Part shown: in pieces, positions 63,459-64,000 of the stretch
Layout of the letters: each line of letters opens with the position of its first letter
Numbering within the stretch: position 1 is the stretch's first letter
From: an uncultured Verrucomicrobiae bacterium
GTDB taxonomy: Bacteria > Verrucomicrobiota > Verrucomicrobiia > Chthoniobacterales > JAFAMB01
Assembly (NCBI GenBank): GCA_963762565.1
Contig: CAVXLD010000007.1
Coordinates: 1 to 64,000, forward strand
DNA length: 64,000 bases
Direction of reading: 5' to 3'
Position numbers and translations under genes: made by a program
The notes under the pieces: generated by a model
What the model saw: the letters and a program-made list of their open reading frames with translations, nothing else
Database searches by the model: none
What the model was told of the DNA's origin: nothing

Positions 63459-63949
63459 ATGTTATTTACGGGACAGGACACTAAACCCGATCCCAACACC
63501 TACCGGGTTGTACCCGGTAAGCTGTTGGCCGGCGAATATCCGGGCGCCCGCGATCCGGAAGAGGCGCGCAGCCGCCCGAGAAGTTTCTTGCTGCTGGAGT
63601 CCGTCATTTCATCGACCTGATCGAGGCCGGCGAACTTGAGCCCTACGCCGAATTACTCAGAGAAGAAGGGAGCTCTAGAACCACTTACCAGCGTTTTCCA
63701 ATTCGCGATGTTAGTGTGCCGGACGAACCGAAAACCATGGCAGAGATTGTTGCGGCTATTGATCGTGCAGTGGCAGAAGGTGGGATCACCTACGTCCATT
63801 ATTGGCTGCCGAAAGATTGGCCACCGGCGCCGATTATGCCGAATGTAATCTGTGTCGATTATAGCGCGGGTAAGAGTGGACCTTTAGTGCCTTATAGCTT
63901 CGATCCGGAGAGAGCGGGGGAGGGGAAGTTTACCACCGCCGGATTCTAA
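63459..63949 (+). pseudogene. Chimeric dual-specificity phosphatase / metallophosphoesterase remnant
   Basis: YRVVPGKLLAGEYPG, RHFIDL, RFPIRD and YVH, fused to HYWL..PNVICVDYSAGKSGPLV. Confidence 0.65.
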
Positions 63950-64000
63950 CGATTCACATACAGGCATCCCGGCTCCTCAAATTCTGCGTTCTTTTTCAGG

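Noticed and set aside
1..64000. rRNA, tRNA, transposase, integrase or phage structural genes
   Set aside because: None recognised by eye; tRNAscan and HMM searches would be needed to exclude them formally.

Overview
A ~57% GC window that looks like part of a large plasmid or chromid. The host is possibly a soil Verrucomicrobiota/PVC-type bacterium, inferred only from the style of the small proteins. It opens with a hybrid replicon: seven 18-bp iterons, a Rep_3 initiator, and a repABC-type RepA/RepB partition pair with no repC. Two perfect repABC-type parS palindromes are present, one inside the rep gene. Next come two putative toxin-antitoxin pairs (Xre/RES, HTH/HNH) and a frameshifted MOBF relaxase-oriT-stbAB-like-coupling-protein module interleaved with glgX, grpB and treZ. 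From 19 to 52 kb the DNA is a mosaic of cargo genes: SGNH hydrolase, TMEM175, DUF2760-Hsp70-Hsp70, BadF kinase/murQ, Ser/Thr kinase, xth and a lycopene-cyclase-domain protein. These are separated by about 12 full or partial copies of an unannotated modular repeat. The repeat contains a split StbA/TraK-like gene, a GTGAnnn heptamer array, ssi/pas-like hairpins and a sharp end at GTCTCGATCCGGCA. The last 12 kb holds an ImmA/IrrE pair, a WYL regulator with GGGAC-N7-GTCCC operators followed by a vWA gene, pfkB, a PAS-SpoIIE phosphatase and gene fragments. Many frameshifts and one G/T-rich noise tract suggest long-read errors, so pseudogene calls are provisional.
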